Sequence record: OZ196212.1 | DNA length: 64,000 bases | Direction: 5' to 3' (one strand) | Shown here: positions 8,896 through 18,386 of the stretch, one piece after another | Layout: every line of letters begins with the position of its first letter | Position numbering within the stretch: position 1 is the stretch's first letter | Translations under genes and position numbers: made by a program | Notes under the pieces: generated by a model | What the model was told of the DNA's origin: nothing | What the model saw: only the letters and a program-made list of their open reading frames with translations | The model's database searches: none

Positions 8896-9231
8896 ATGAC
8901 ATTACACGAGCTATTCCAGATTTCAGAAGACCATCCGTATTACTGTGCGACTTCGAACTTTTACAGTAACGACGCGACTGGTCATCACGCCACCATGACT
9001 GACTTCTTAGATGAGTTTGAAGACGCCGACGTTGACATGAATTACGTGTTTCGTTGGGACATTGATTTTCACGATGGTTCTTATTCTGCTGAAGTGCATA
9101 TGATTGCGCAGCGTAAAGGTATTTTCATGCCGCAGATCATTGAACGTATTGAAGAGCACGAAGTCGAGCGATTCTTAGATTACTTGAAACGCCACAAAGA
9201 CGTTGGCGACTTACTATGGAGCGGCATCTAA
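8896..9231 (+). CDS. hypothetical protein
   Basis: Start moved to ATG 8896 after the repeated gaggcttaacATG junction. Confidence 0.8.
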   Translation: MTLHELFQISEDHPYYCATSNFYSNDATGHHATMTDFLDEFEDADVDMNYVFRWDIDFHDGSYSAEVHMIAQRKGIFMPQIIERIEEHEVERFLDYLKRHKDVGDLLWSGI

Positions 9232-9743
9232 TGCAGATCATCAAAACAGAAGAAACTAAAGAGCGCAAGAAAGTATCGGCTTATACTGGTCAAGTCGCCA
9301 AGCTGATTACACGCGACTCGAAGATATTCGGTACATTGCACTCAATCGAAGGCACTAATCGATTCGTTCTAATCACCGTAGATGGTACTGAAGTACACCC
9401 AATTCAACTAGGGCTTAATCTCACGCCATTGTATCAACTACTCGATGAGCAAGGTAACGCGTTTGATTATCACAACGGTCGCCTTATCACGCTTGGTGAA
9501 GAAACGACTGTAACGACGACCAAGCAAGTTGATATTGTCGTTGGTGATAAGATTACAATGGCGAAGAAGCGTTCAGACCAAGAAGTCGTTGGTACTGTTG
9601 TTGCTGTAGACGCCATGCATCTAGTCATTGCTGATGGTACAGATTGGTACTTGTTCAATTGCGGCAATGCGAGATCACAAGCCAATCTTGAGAGCGAATG
9701 CAGCTTTATGTACATCCCTGGCAAATTGACGGCTAAGACATGA
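9231..9743 (+). CDS. hypothetical protein
   Basis: Start moved to ATG 9231; C-terminal part resembles that of 6049..6633 (V.GTVVAV). Confidence 0.8.
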   Translation: MQIIKTEETKERKKVSAYTGQVAKLITRDSKIFGTLHSIEGTNRFVLITVDGTEVHPIQLGLNLTPLYQLLDEQGNAFDYHNGRLITLGEETTVTTTKQVDIVVGDKITMAKKRSDQEVVGTVVAVDAMHLVIADGTDWYLFNCGNARSQANLESECSFMYIPGKLTAKT

Positions 9744-9967
9744 GCTGGTGGGCATTGCCTCTAGCATACTTCGTGATTGCTGCTTTGTATTACTTGTTCT
9801 GTGTAACACACGACTACGTGCTTTACATATGGAAAGGTATACTTGACAATAAAGCACCAATCACCAGTCTTACTACGCATAAAATTTATGCATTGGTGAG
9901 TTTATTATGGCTCCCAATGCTGATATTCTTAACGTACTGTCATTTCAACAACAAGAGAAAAACATGA
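9740..9967 (+). CDS. small membrane protein
   Basis: 75 aa, two hydrophobic segments, basic C-tail. Confidence 0.75.
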   Translation: MSWWALPLAYFVIAALYYLFCVTHDYVLYIWKGILDNKAPITSLTTHKIYALVSLLWLPMLIFLTYCHFNNKRKT

Positions 9968-10263
9968 AAGACTACAACCAAGTTCTATTGAACGTGAACT
10001 ACACTAGCGGCACTCGTGTTGCATTCTGGGTTCATAGCTTTACGTACGAACGTTCTATGAGCCAATCGAACATTACGTGGGATTCTAGCGGGTTTACGCC
10101 AGTCACTAATGACGCAGTAACTCGTGAAGATTTATCACTTGCGGGCATCATTTATGCAGTACGCCCCTTGAAACTAGCGATGGACTTTGATACAATCGAA
10201 TCAGTGTTCGTTCTTTCTGAATACAATGGCGAAGATGGAGATAAACCAGATGACGCTGAATAA
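9964..10263 (+). CDS. hypothetical protein
   Basis: Start moved to ATG 9964. Confidence 0.75.
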   Translation: MKDYNQVLLNVNYTSGTRVAFWVHSFTYERSMSQSNITWDSSGFTPVTNDAVTREDLSLAGIIYAVRPLKLAMDFDTIESVFVLSEYNGEDGDKPDDAE

Positions 10264-10495
10264 AATCTACGAAGGCGTTCTGATCGTCTTCGGCTTAATC
10301 GGGGCTGTAATACTGGCTATTGTCGGCATTGTATGGAGCGTTATCGAGTTCTGCATTGGCATTGCGCTAATGATCTTGACTGCGATGTTCGGTGCTCTAT
10401 GTGCTCTAGTCGGTATTGTCATTGCTTGCGTCATTTACCCATTCGCTAAGATTGGTGAATATTTTGGAACTGATAAATCTAATTCCGACAAGTAA
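10250..10495 (+). CDS. membrane protein
   Basis: Start moved to ATG 10250 after GGAG; long hydrophobic stretch. Confidence 0.75.
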   Translation: MTLNKIYEGVLIVFGLIGAVILAIVGIVWSVIEFCIGIALMILTAMFGALCALVGIVIACVIYPFAKIGEYFGTDKSNSDK

Positions 10496-10517
10496 GCGTA
10501 TATGGCCAGTTCTAGAC

Positions 10518-10760
10518 ATGTGTCGTTGTGACACGTGTCTAGCTGAAATGCCAACCGCTAGTGCTATCGACGACCATGGTCATCATGACGGGTGGGAAAT
10601 GCCCCCTTATACGATGTACATGTGTCCGTTATGCAGCGACGGTTATATGGAAGATTTCTGGCCAAGTCATGAGTCTTACATGAACTGGCGAACTGAAACA
10701 GAGTTAACGCCTGACGAATTCAAACGACTTTACTATGGAGAATGGCAATGCGAGACGTAA
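10518..10760 (+). CDS. Cys-rich putative Zn-binding protein
   Basis: CRCDTC...CPLC; start uncertain. Confidence 0.6.
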   Translation: MCRCDTCLAEMPTASAIDDHGHHDGWEMPPYTMYMCPLCSDGYMEDFWPSHESYMNWRTETELTPDEFKRLYYGEWQCET

Positions 10761-10900
10761 CATATATCGTACGACCAGTATTATTCGGGTTATTCTGGAA
10801 AGTGGTTTTACACGCGAACAGCTATGACCGACGCACAATGAGCTTTCATTTATCACATTATGCAGCTTCAAGCGCAGCCGTGACGTATAGGAATAGCTAA
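10748..10900 (+). CDS. hypothetical protein
   Basis: 50 aa read manually; GGAG RBS; stop couples to next ATG. Confidence 0.5.
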   Translation: MRDVTYIVRPVLFGLFWKVVLHANSYDRRTMSFHLSHYAASSAAVTYRNS

Positions 10901-11106
10901 TGACCGACAAAATGCAGCTAGTGTTATCTCAGATTCGCAATGGTGATATGACGGTTATTATGCATATCAATGCTGCGGGTGATAAGTGCTTTACTTCATT
11001 GCTTGACAATACGCCAACCTTGTATTTGACATTGACTTGCCGTGCTTTACTGAAAGCGGGCTTAATACAGCCAACACAGACTGAATACGGTCTGATGATG
11101 AAATAG
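10900..11106 (+). CDS. hypothetical protein
   Basis: 68 aa ORF. Confidence 0.7.
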   Translation: MTDKMQLVLSQIRNGDMTVIMHINAAGDKCFTSLLDNTPTLYLTLTCRALLKAGLIQPTQTEYGLMMK

Positions 11107-11114
11107 GAACTCAT

Positions 11115-11294
11115 ATGCAAATCGGAGACAAGGTGATTGTTGTAGCAGCACCTGCTAGTAACTATCATATTATCAATGGCGAAGAAGTAACGATCATCAA
11201 TATGTTCATGTACAAAGACAAAGCGGTCTTTACTTTCATTCATAAAGACATCGGCTATGGCGCGATGCAAGCTCACGGATTCAAGGTGAAATAA
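11115..11294 (+). CDS. hypothetical protein
   Basis: 59 aa (MQIGDKVIVV...) read manually; AGGA RBS. Confidence 0.65.
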   Translation: MQIGDKVIVVAAPASNYHIINGEEVTIINMFMYKDKAVFTFIHKDIGYGAMQAHGFKVK

Positions 11295-11737
11295 TGTTCT
11301 ATCGATTCTGGGAAACAGACGACGGCGATATGCTAGTTGAAATGCTCGACGACTTGTGCGACGAGGTTGGTACTAAAGCGTATATGACAGACATGAACGA
11401 AGTCTACCGTACTGAGAGCGGTCGCCATATGCTATTGCAACATGTTCACAATTGGGGTACAGTCAAATTCCAAGATTGGGATATTCGTACTTTACGCGGT
11501 CTTGGCAGCTCTATTGAAATGCCGAGTTTAACGCTGACACCAAGCGACAAAAGCGTGCTTGAGCGTACGGTGAAGAAAGAGGGGCTTGACTATGCTATGC
11601 TGCACTACAGCAAGTATGACGGTGACGTTGGTTTCAACAAAGTCGATTCCAACGAGTTTCACGGTCTGAGAAACGCCTTTACTGACGCCCGCCAACGACT
11701 ACAGACGTGGTTAGCACTACACGGGATTCAAGAATGA
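11294..11737 (+). CDS. hypothetical protein
   Basis: 147 aa, TAATG coupling. Confidence 0.8.
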   Translation: MFYRFWETDDGDMLVEMLDDLCDEVGTKAYMTDMNEVYRTESGRHMLLQHVHNWGTVKFQDWDIRTLRGLGSSIEMPSLTLTPSDKSVLERTVKKEGLDYAMLHYSKYDGDVGFNKVDSNEFHGLRNAFTDARQRLQTWLALHGIQE

Positions 11738-12072
11738 CAGTAGAATCAATTGACAGAGAGCTATCGATCATACGCAAGCGCATATTTGCACTACGTAATG
11801 CCGAGCGCGTTCTCTATTCTGAACGTCGAAAAGCAATCTCTGGCGAACCACCTGTTCTACGTACTGGTGATTTACGTTACCGTAGTCGTGACGGTCATAG
11901 TGGCGTTCAAGATTATGAGAACAATATGTTCTATCGTTTCTTCAACGAATGGGTTTACAATGACATTTTCATTGTGCCAGTTGCTGGTGGACAGAAGTTC
12001 ATGCGTTGTCGAGTAGAGCGCCATGCATATGACGGTTATGTTGATCTCATCAAAATAGGAATGTGTGAATGA
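11734..12072 (+). CDS. hypothetical protein
   Basis: Start moved to ATG 11734. Confidence 0.75.
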   Translation: MTVESIDRELSIIRKRIFALRNAERVLYSERRKAISGEPPVLRTGDLRYRSRDGHSGVQDYENNMFYRFFNEWVYNDIFIVPVAGGQKFMRCRVERHAYDGYVDLIKIGMCE

Positions 12073-12383
12073 GTGAAATGGAATACAACAAGGGTACGTT
12101 ACGCCCCGTAACAGATGAACAGTTACAAAAGTTAGACATAGACTTGCCGATTTATTACGACAACATCTACCAATACTTGAAAGAAGACGGTGCTGAATGG
12201 GGCATTCATTTCTTAAACGGTCGTTTCTACGAAGTGAACTATGAAGCCGAGTCTGAAGAACTTACTCAGATAGCGCGTGCTACAGAAGAGCCGAATGGTG
12301 ACATTCAGTTTGAGACGTATCACTATAACGGTGGTGGTCATTGGACAGAGGTCGTTGAGAAAGCACTTAAAGGTGATATGTAA
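12069..12383 (+). CDS. hypothetical protein
   Basis: 104 aa; ends FETYHYNGGGHW. Confidence 0.75.
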   Translation: MSEMEYNKGTLRPVTDEQLQKLDIDLPIYYDNIYQYLKEDGAEWGIHFLNGRFYEVNYEAESEELTQIARATEEPNGDIQFETYHYNGGGHWTEVVEKALKGDM

Positions 12384-12625
12384 TGAAGTCATATGCAGTG
12401 AAATTCAAAAGCGGTGGTTATGTTCACGAGAACTGGGACTATCAGATTGGTAGTCTTAGATACGAGGGCAATCACACCGATGACATTAATAAAGCAAAGC
12501 TTTGGAAGAAGCTAGGCATGGTACAGAACTTCATGCGCAATAACGGTCGTTTTTATTCGTCTCGTGGTGAATACGTGATTGTGGTGATTGAACAAGTGCG
12601 CGTAGAAATGGGAGCTATGGGATGA
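12383..12625 (+). CDS. hypothetical protein
   Basis: 80 aa. Confidence 0.75.
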   Translation: MKSYAVKFKSGGYVHENWDYQIGSLRYEGNHTDDINKAKLWKKLGMVQNFMRNNGRFYSSRGEYVIVVIEQVRVEMGAMG

Positions 12626-12927
12626 ACACAGAAGTCCATGAGTGGATTGATGAGTTGAACGCGTTGTACAAGCGTGGTAGAGCAGATGATTATCAGTTTG
12701 TACAAGCCGATGCTACATTGCACCAAGAGCTTTACTACAAGATTGTAGCAGCGGCAGTAGCTGAATCGTTCCCGATGACAATGGTACAGACTGAGAAGCT
12801 AGATCGTTACAACATTCTAGTTGATGTGTATAGTCGTGCCGGTCCGCAGCCATATTCGGCTGATAATGAAGTCACTAAAGCGCAACACGATCTTATGCGT
12901 TCACTTGGTGTAGATACACGCGGTTAG
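12622..12927 (+). CDS. hypothetical protein
   Basis: 101 aa, GGAG RBS. Confidence 0.75.
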   Translation: MNTEVHEWIDELNALYKRGRADDYQFVQADATLHQELYYKIVAAAVAESFPMTMVQTEKLDRYNILVDVYSRAGPQPYSADNEVTKAQHDLMRSLGVDTRG

Positions 12928-12937
12928 GAGCAATCAA

Positions 12938-13261
12938 ATGAGAATAGTTAAGCTCGAAGAGCAGATGAAAGAACTCCAAGCGGAGATTGACAAAGAGCGC
13001 AGTAAGTGTGCTCATACGCGAGTAACTTACAAGATGACCGCCTCTGATGGTGATCCGTATAGTCGTGACACGTATTACAATACGGTGCGTTGTATCGACT
13101 GTAAAACTGTGCATCGTTTTTGTTCAGACGATGATATCATGAACTATCATATGCGTGGTGAGATTGGTAGTGCTTATGCTATTGAAGAAAGCAAGTACAA
13201 GGTTTATCTTGAAGTCTTAGCTGCGATCAATGGTACGCTAGTTCCGCCTTACCCGTACTAA
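12938..13261 (+). CDS. hypothetical protein (coiled coil plus C/H Zn motif)
   Basis: 107 aa, AGGAG RBS; CAH...CIDC. Confidence 0.75.
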   Translation: MRIVKLEEQMKELQAEIDKERSKCAHTRVTYKMTASDGDPYSRDTYYNTVRCIDCKTVHRFCSDDDIMNYHMRGEIGSAYAIEESKYKVYLEVLAAINGTLVPPYPY

Positions 13262-13264
13262 ATA
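13258..13264 (+). promoter_or_regulatory. T4-type late promoter-like element
   Basis: CTAAATA, variant of TATAAATA, about 20 nt upstream of ATG 13284. Confidence 0.55.
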
Positions 13265-13283
13265 CATTTCTTTGGGGTATACA

Positions 13284-13994
13284 ATGAAATTCGAACAGTT
13301 TATGGAATCGTTGAATCGCACAGTTCCGATACGTTGGAATCGTTCGCCTAGCAGAGACCAAGGTGTATTTCGTGTTGGTAGTGAAGAGTATCACATACAG
13401 ATTAGCAAGCTGAACAATGAAAGCACATTGAACGTGTCATTCACGGGTGCTAATGCCGATGGTGAGCAATCTCATAGCGCGAGTGGTAAAGGGAATGAGT
13501 TAACGGTACTAGCTACGGTTATACAAGGGATACGTGAGTCTATTGAGCTATACGATCCAGCCAAGATATCATTCGTAGCGAATGCAGACGTATCGAGTCG
13601 TAAAAAGCTTTATGACAGAATGGTGAAGAAGTTCGCGAAAGAAGAGAATTACAAGTACATCATTTCTGGTGATAACTATACGCTAGTGCGTGACAGCAAG
13701 AAGCATATGTCTTTGCCGAAGCACGATGACTTGAGCGACGCTATGCTATCGCCAGCCACTGTTGATGACGACCTCATTATGGCGGTTGGATTTGATTCAA
13801 GCGATTTATCTGAGAAAGAGATAGACATTTTAGCAGCGCATCCCGACTTGTATGGTTTTACTATTGGTGATCAGACATGGACAGACGTGATGATTCCAGA
13901 TGGTGAACAGCCGAGCGTAGCAGCGATTGAATCAGTGTTTAACAGCATTGGGTTATCGAGTATCATACCTAAGATTAAGTATTACGCAAATTAG
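13284..13994 (+). CDS. putative late/virion-internal protein
   Basis: Start moved to ATG 13284; N-terminus MKFEQFME resembles the T4 internal-protein capsid-targeting sequence. Confidence 0.75.
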   Translation: MKFEQFMESLNRTVPIRWNRSPSRDQGVFRVGSEEYHIQISKLNNESTLNVSFTGANADGEQSHSASGKGNELTVLATVIQGIRESIELYDPAKISFVANADVSSRKKLYDRMVKKFAKEENYKYIISGDNYTLVRDSKKHMSLPKHDDLSDAMLSPATVDDDLIMAVGFDSSDLSEKEIDILAAHPDLYGFTIGDQTWTDVMIPDGEQPSVAAIESVFNSIGLSSIIPKIKYYAN

Positions 13995-14001
13995 GTGAAA
14001 C

Positions 14002-14568
14002 ATGGCAAAGCTTTATTACAACTATAGCGCAATGAACGCGGGTAAATCTGCGCAGTTATTGCAAGCTGCTCATAACTACGAGCAGAATGGCAGTCAAGTA
14101 TGGTACTTTAACTACTACGCTGACAATCGTTTTGGAACGGGTAAGATCTCTAGTCGTATTGGCTTAGAGCATGAAGCGACAATGTTCAGTGAAGAGTTTG
14201 ATTTTCGCCATTACTTTATGACTGAGACTACTACGCCGAAAGCGATCTTCATTGATGAATGTCAGTTCTTAACGCCAGAACAGGTGCTTGTTCTAGGTCG
14301 AATTGTTGACGAGTTCAATATCCCTGTGTTATGTTACGGTATACGCAATGATTACATGGGTAATTTATTTGCGGGTTCTGCTGCGCTTATGTGTCATGCA
14401 GATGAGATACGCGAGATTAAAGCGATGTGCAGTCATCCGAGTTGTGGTAAGAAAGCGACTCATATTGCATTGTACATTGGCGGAGAGCGCGTTTTAGATG
14501 GTGAACAGACATATATCGGTGATACAGATTACCGTAGTTTATGTCGCAAACATTTTATGAGAGAATAG
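14002..14568 (+). CDS. tk: thymidine kinase (type II)
   Basis: SAMNAGKS P-loop, IFIDECQF, YGIRND, C-terminal Zn cysteines, YRSLCRKH. Confidence 0.95.
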   Translation: MAKLYYNYSAMNAGKSAQLLQAAHNYEQNGSQVWYFNYYADNRFGTGKISSRIGLEHEATMFSEEFDFRHYFMTETTTPKAIFIDECQFLTPEQVLVLGRIVDEFNIPVLCYGIRNDYMGNLFAGSAALMCHADEIREIKAMCSHPSCGKKATHIALYIGGERVLDGEQTYIGDTDYRSLCRKHFMRE

Positions 14569-14569
14569 C

Positions 14570-14746
14570 ATGGGCTTGTTAGAGTTCTTAGTTACGCTGT
14601 CTTTTTGTTACATTGGTAACATAGTAGGGCGTACAATATCAGTGAGCAATGGTTACTACAAAGGTAAAGAACCATACGCATTTAAAAACATGTATCACGT
14701 ACTGAACTTTGCAATTGCATTGTTCGTGTGGTCACTTCCCCTATAG
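14570..14746 (+). CDS. small membrane protein
   Basis: 58 aa read manually; fills the gap between tk and 14754. Confidence 0.6.
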   Translation: MGLLEFLVTLSFCYIGNIVGRTISVSNGYYKGKEPYAFKNMYHVLNFAIALFVWSLPL

Positions 14747-14753
14747 GTATATT

Positions 14754-15107
14754 ATGAAATACGTACGTTATGTTGAACGCAACGACAATGAAGGCGAGAC
14801 ATGGATTCGTTGGTTAAAAGAGACTGACCCATTGCTGTCAGTTTTGAAAGAGTACCTTTCTCGTATCTCACTTGAAGCAGAGGGTTTTGACCCAGACGCT
14901 TACGAGCTTGAGACTTACGAAGATGGTGAACTTGTGCTATATGATGAAGCTTATGTGCAAGCGACGCTTGACGAGAGCGATTATCACGATGGTTATTTTG
15001 ATGCATATCGCGTCGTAGCTATCCATCCGAAGTTCTCGCTTGATTGGATTAAAGACGGCGAACCAGCCGAGCAGCTTTACAAACTACAACATTTGGTGAA
15101 CATTTAA
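14754..15107 (+). CDS. hypothetical protein
   Basis: Start moved to ATG 14754. Confidence 0.75.
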   Translation: MKYVRYVERNDNEGETWIRWLKETDPLLSVLKEYLSRISLEAEGFDPDAYELETYEDGELVLYDEAYVQATLDESDYHDGYFDAYRVVAIHPKFSLDWIKDGEPAEQLYKLQHLVNI

Positions 15108-15424
15108 TGAAAACGATTATTGAACATGCGACGGCATGGAATAAAGAGCGCGGTTATGACTGCTCAGAAGATGGTCTAGTAGAGACTATTGTCGAGTGTC
15201 TAAGTGAATACACAGTACAGACTACAACCGAGTCTGAGCATCGTTGGTATGATAGACGTTCGGTAGTGCATCAAATCACTATTGATGGTGTAGCTCGATA
15301 CTTCTCGATTCCTGACTTTCATATTACTGGTGACAATAGCGCACGTGATATGGGCTTAGAAGTTGAGTTAAGCGACATTAAAGAAGTGTACGCGAAAGAG
15401 ATCACTACTACAGTGTACGAATAG
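15107..15424 (+). CDS. hypothetical protein
   Basis: 105 aa; SEHRWY...KEVYAKE. Confidence 0.75.
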   Translation: MKTIIEHATAWNKERGYDCSEDGLVETIVECLSEYTVQTTTESEHRWYDRRSVVHQITIDGVARYFSIPDFHITGDNSARDMGLEVELSDIKEVYAKEITTTVYE

Positions 15425-15443
15425 CGTGACTTGAGTCACACAA

Positions 15444-15467
15444 AAGCCCCTTAATTGGGGTTTTTTT
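15444..15467 (+). terminator. intrinsic terminator
   Basis: aagcccc-ttaatt-ggggttt followed by T-tract. Confidence 0.8.
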
Positions 15468-15487
15468 AGGTTTAATGAAAATACCGG

Positions 15488-15516
15488 TTTACAGCCTAAT
15501 GGTAAAAGCGTAATAT
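15488..15516 (+). promoter_or_regulatory. sigma70-type early promoter
   Basis: TTTACA, 17 nt, TAATAT; atcgaaac and gagagaatattATG leader. Confidence 0.8.
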
Positions 15517-15566
15517 TAACTCATCGAAACGCACAACGCGATTCACAACTGAAAAGAGAGAATATT

Positions 15567-16163
15567 ATGCCTTCTAATCTAAACAAACTTAAAATCAAAG
15601 ACATTCGCGACTTCGGTATCTCTACTGTAGAATACAAGGGATTCGAAATCATGGCTACTGAAGACGATGGTGAAATCGTACTAGCAGCAATCGTTTCTTA
15701 CGACGAAAACTCTGACGCTCACGTTTCTGTACTAGAAATCTGCGGTGACACGATGAAAGAAGCGAAAGAACTACTTGTTCTTGAGTTGAACGACATCAAG
15801 CACACTTCTAACGAGATTAAAGAACTAGCGATTAAGCACAGCTTCGTTGGTCACTACGACAAGCTTCTTAACAAACTAGCTGCGCCGAAAGCTGCTAAAG
15901 CTAAGACTGTGAAAGTTGCGCCAGTAACTAAGCCAGTTGAAGTAACGGGTACAGTTGTTAAGCCACTTAATGCACGCGGTGCAGCGGCTCGTGACCAAGT
16001 ACGTGTACTAGCTGAAGAGAATCTAATGATGAGCGCAATCAAATTCGAACAGCGTGGCAAATACAAAGACTGGTACATCATGGCTGCTGATGTTGAAGGT
16101 AAAGAGTTCGAACAGCGCCTAGACGTATTCAAGAAATCTCTACGCACTAAAGGTATTCTATAA
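15567..16163 (+). CDS. hypothetical early protein
   Basis: 198 aa with Ala/Lys/Pro linker; first gene after promoter. Confidence 0.85.
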   Translation: MPSNLNKLKIKDIRDFGISTVEYKGFEIMATEDDGEIVLAAIVSYDENSDAHVSVLEICGDTMKEAKELLVLELNDIKHTSNEIKELAIKHSFVGHYDKLLNKLAAPKAAKAKTVKVAPVTKPVEVTGTVVKPLNARGAAARDQVRVLAEENLMMSAIKFEQRGKYKDWYIMAADVEGKEFEQRLDVFKKSLRTKGIL

Positions 16164-16345
16164 TGAACAAGCTAATAAGAATCATTCTGTGGCTCTTCAT
16201 TCAAGCGCGATGGGCTTACTTTCATATCAGTCCATCGTATAAGAAGTTCTACATGATTGCAGACGAAGCGCACTTTCAGCATTTAAAGCGCGGTACGATT
16301 CACTCTAACTTATCGCTGAGGGATTCTAATGACGTTTCTAGTTAG
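16163..16345 (+). CDS. hypothetical protein
   Basis: 60 aa. Confidence 0.65.
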   Translation: MNKLIRIILWLFIQARWAYFHISPSYKKFYMIADEAHFQHLKRGTIHSNLSLRDSNDVSS

Positions 16346-16598
16346 AATGCACGAGCAGCAAATGCAAGAAGCTCTAGCAGTGTTAGGCGCACATTTAGAA
16401 GAGTGCGGTTTAACAGACAAAGCGAGTAATCACAGAGCGAAGCTAATGGGCTGTGAAGTTGACGAGTGGCGTTGGAATGATCTAGAAGACAGCACATCGC
16501 CAGTATACGAAGCACTGATCGTCGTACAAGGTTACGATTGGATGATTGGTGCAGATTTGAACTTGAAAAGCAAACATGAAATTCGGAGAACGAAATGA
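16329..16598 (+). CDS. hypothetical protein
   Basis: 89 aa, GAGGG RBS. Confidence 0.7.
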   Translation: MTFLVRMHEQQMQEALAVLGAHLEECGLTDKASNHRAKLMGCEVDEWRWNDLEDSTSPVYEALIVVQGYDWMIGADLNLKSKHEIRRTK

Positions 16599-16945
16599 CT
16601 TATCTAGAAAAATTACAAGCACTGCGCGATGAACTAGAATCACACTTAGATATCGGTACGTCGCTAGATTATATCCGCTCGTCATACGGTTTATGTACGT
16701 TCTTCAACGCTGAGTTTAAATATGATTTGAAAGAGTGGTGGGTGATCGAGCTTGAGAAAGTTGAGCGTGTTAATCCGAATTACGCAACTGTAATGCGCTC
16801 ACACGAGTCAGACGGGTTCTACATCTATGATCGCACGTTCACTGCTACGCCATGCCAGATGTACGGTGATGAGCTATACGAGGGCGTTCAAGGTAACATG
16901 CGTCTTGAAGTATTGAACTTTATTCTGGAGAAGTATAATGGCTGA
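16595..16945 (+). CDS. hypothetical protein
   Basis: 116 aa, GGAG RBS. Confidence 0.75.
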   Translation: MTYLEKLQALRDELESHLDIGTSLDYIRSSYGLCTFFNAEFKYDLKEWWVIELEKVERVNPNYATVMRSHESDGFYIYDRTFTATPCQMYGDELYEGVQGNMRLEVLNFILEKYNG

Positions 16946-17177
16946 TATGATTGGTGTTGCTATTTACTTGTTTGGTCTTGTTGCTATCGCGCTTTACATC
17001 GTTATTACTGAAGTGCGCGACAACAAAGACAAGAAAACGCGTGATGATTTCGGTTCACATGTTTTTGTAATCTCGATTGCATGGCCAGTTGTGGGTATGT
17101 TGTTACTGTGTGGTGGTTTAGCTGAACTAACAGATCGCGGTTTCACTGCATTAATAGAAAAGCTAAAGGGGCGTTAG
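16938..17177 (+). CDS. membrane protein
   Basis: 79 aa, two TM-like segments. Confidence 0.75.
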   Translation: MADMIGVAIYLFGLVAIALYIVITEVRDNKDKKTRDDFGSHVFVISIAWPVVGMLLLCGGLAELTDRGFTALIEKLKGR

Positions 17178-17453
17178 ATGCGAAAGTTCACTATCTCAAG
17201 AGCGCGTGTTGTCTATGATCGCACGATAATCGAAACTGCTGAAGACTTGCTAGAGAACATCACAGACGTTCGACGTTACAATGATGAGCTTGATTTGTAT
17301 TATTCAGACGGTCGTCCGGGTATGTTGTCGAAACTCACTGATATTAAATGTGACGATGTTGGCTTTGATGGTAAAACATTCGAAGACGCGTTGGCTCATT
17401 TCAAAGCCAACCACGAAAAATACTGGGAGGCTCTATGCAACCAATATTCGTAG
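17178..17453 (+). CDS. hypothetical protein
   Basis: 91 aa. Confidence 0.7.
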   Translation: MRKFTISRARVVYDRTIIETAEDLLENITDVRRYNDELDLYYSDGRPGMLSKLTDIKCDDVGFDGKTFEDALAHFKANHEKYWEALCNQYS

Positions 17454-17815
17454 GCGATAGACTGCCAGAAGTTAGCGGTGAATATTTCTGCATACGATTT
17501 GGTATGTCTTATGCGCCAGAGCCGATTGATTTTCACGCGCCTGATGAAGACGACGAAGACGATTACCCGCGATGGGGTGATACGATACCGCATTACGGTG
17601 GTGGCGGTGTTGTGCCGTACAAAGAGTTGTCAAATCGTGAGAAATACTTTCGAGATAACTACGGTCGCGTGATGTATTGGTTCGAAAAGCCAGAAGCTAC
17701 GTTGTCACATTCGCAATTTGTTGAGTTCATGCTTGATGAAATGCGCGAGAAGAACATTGACCCCGACGAAGTAACGGGAGTTGCAGACTACAGGAAACAC
17801 GAATGGAAACTTTAA
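17435..17815 (+). CDS. hypothetical protein
   Basis: 126 aa, GGAGG RBS; DRLPEVSGEYFC start. Confidence 0.75.
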   Translation: MQPIFVGDRLPEVSGEYFCIRFGMSYAPEPIDFHAPDEDDEDDYPRWGDTIPHYGGGGVVPYKELSNREKYFRDNYGRVMYWFEKPEATLSHSQFVEFMLDEMREKNIDPDEVTGVADYRKHEWKL

Positions 17816-18384
17816 CTACATATCGTTGTGAGTATTGCGGTGAGATTTCGCCAGAGCAAAAAGTTATTGCTATTTGTGAAGATCGCTGTGCCAGACACAA
17901 AACATTTTTAGACGTTAAGCGTCTTGGTGATATTCAAGCAGAGGCTTACTTGGACAGCATTCGTTTACGTGCTTGCAGCATTCCGCACTTGTTCAAGATC
18001 ATTCTAGACGAAGAAGACTTGATCATGGCAGCGGTAGAGCGTTTGCATTTTGTAGACAAACGTCCGCCACCACGCATGTACAATTTCAGTTATGAGCACG
18101 TACACTTCACGAACGCGTATCAGCCGTTCAAAGAAGATCGTATGACGCACAGTTCACCGATTGGTAAGCCGCGTTGCCCGCAGTGGCCTAAAGAAGCGAC
18201 CGTCTCGGGGTTAGCTGCTGCTGTGCGAATCAACTTCAAACAGAAAGGCAACAAGAAGCGCATTGATATTTACGAAAAGTACATTCAGTATATCCCTGGT
18301 ATCAATACGGGTACGGGTGGTGGCTGTGAGAGCGTAAATATTTATTTGACTTTGTGGAAAGAAGACTTTCCATTAATGGGGTGA
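17803..18384 (+). CDS. hypothetical protein with N-terminal Zn-finger
   Basis: YRCEYCG...CEDRC. Confidence 0.75.
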   Translation: METLTTYRCEYCGEISPEQKVIAICEDRCARHKTFLDVKRLGDIQAEAYLDSIRLRACSIPHLFKIILDEEDLIMAAVERLHFVDKRPPPRMYNFSYEHVHFTNAYQPFKEDRMTHSSPIGKPRCPQWPKEATVSGLAAAVRINFKQKGNKKRIDIYEKYIQYIPGINTGTGGGCESVNIYLTLWKEDFPLMG

Positions 18385-18386
18385 TT

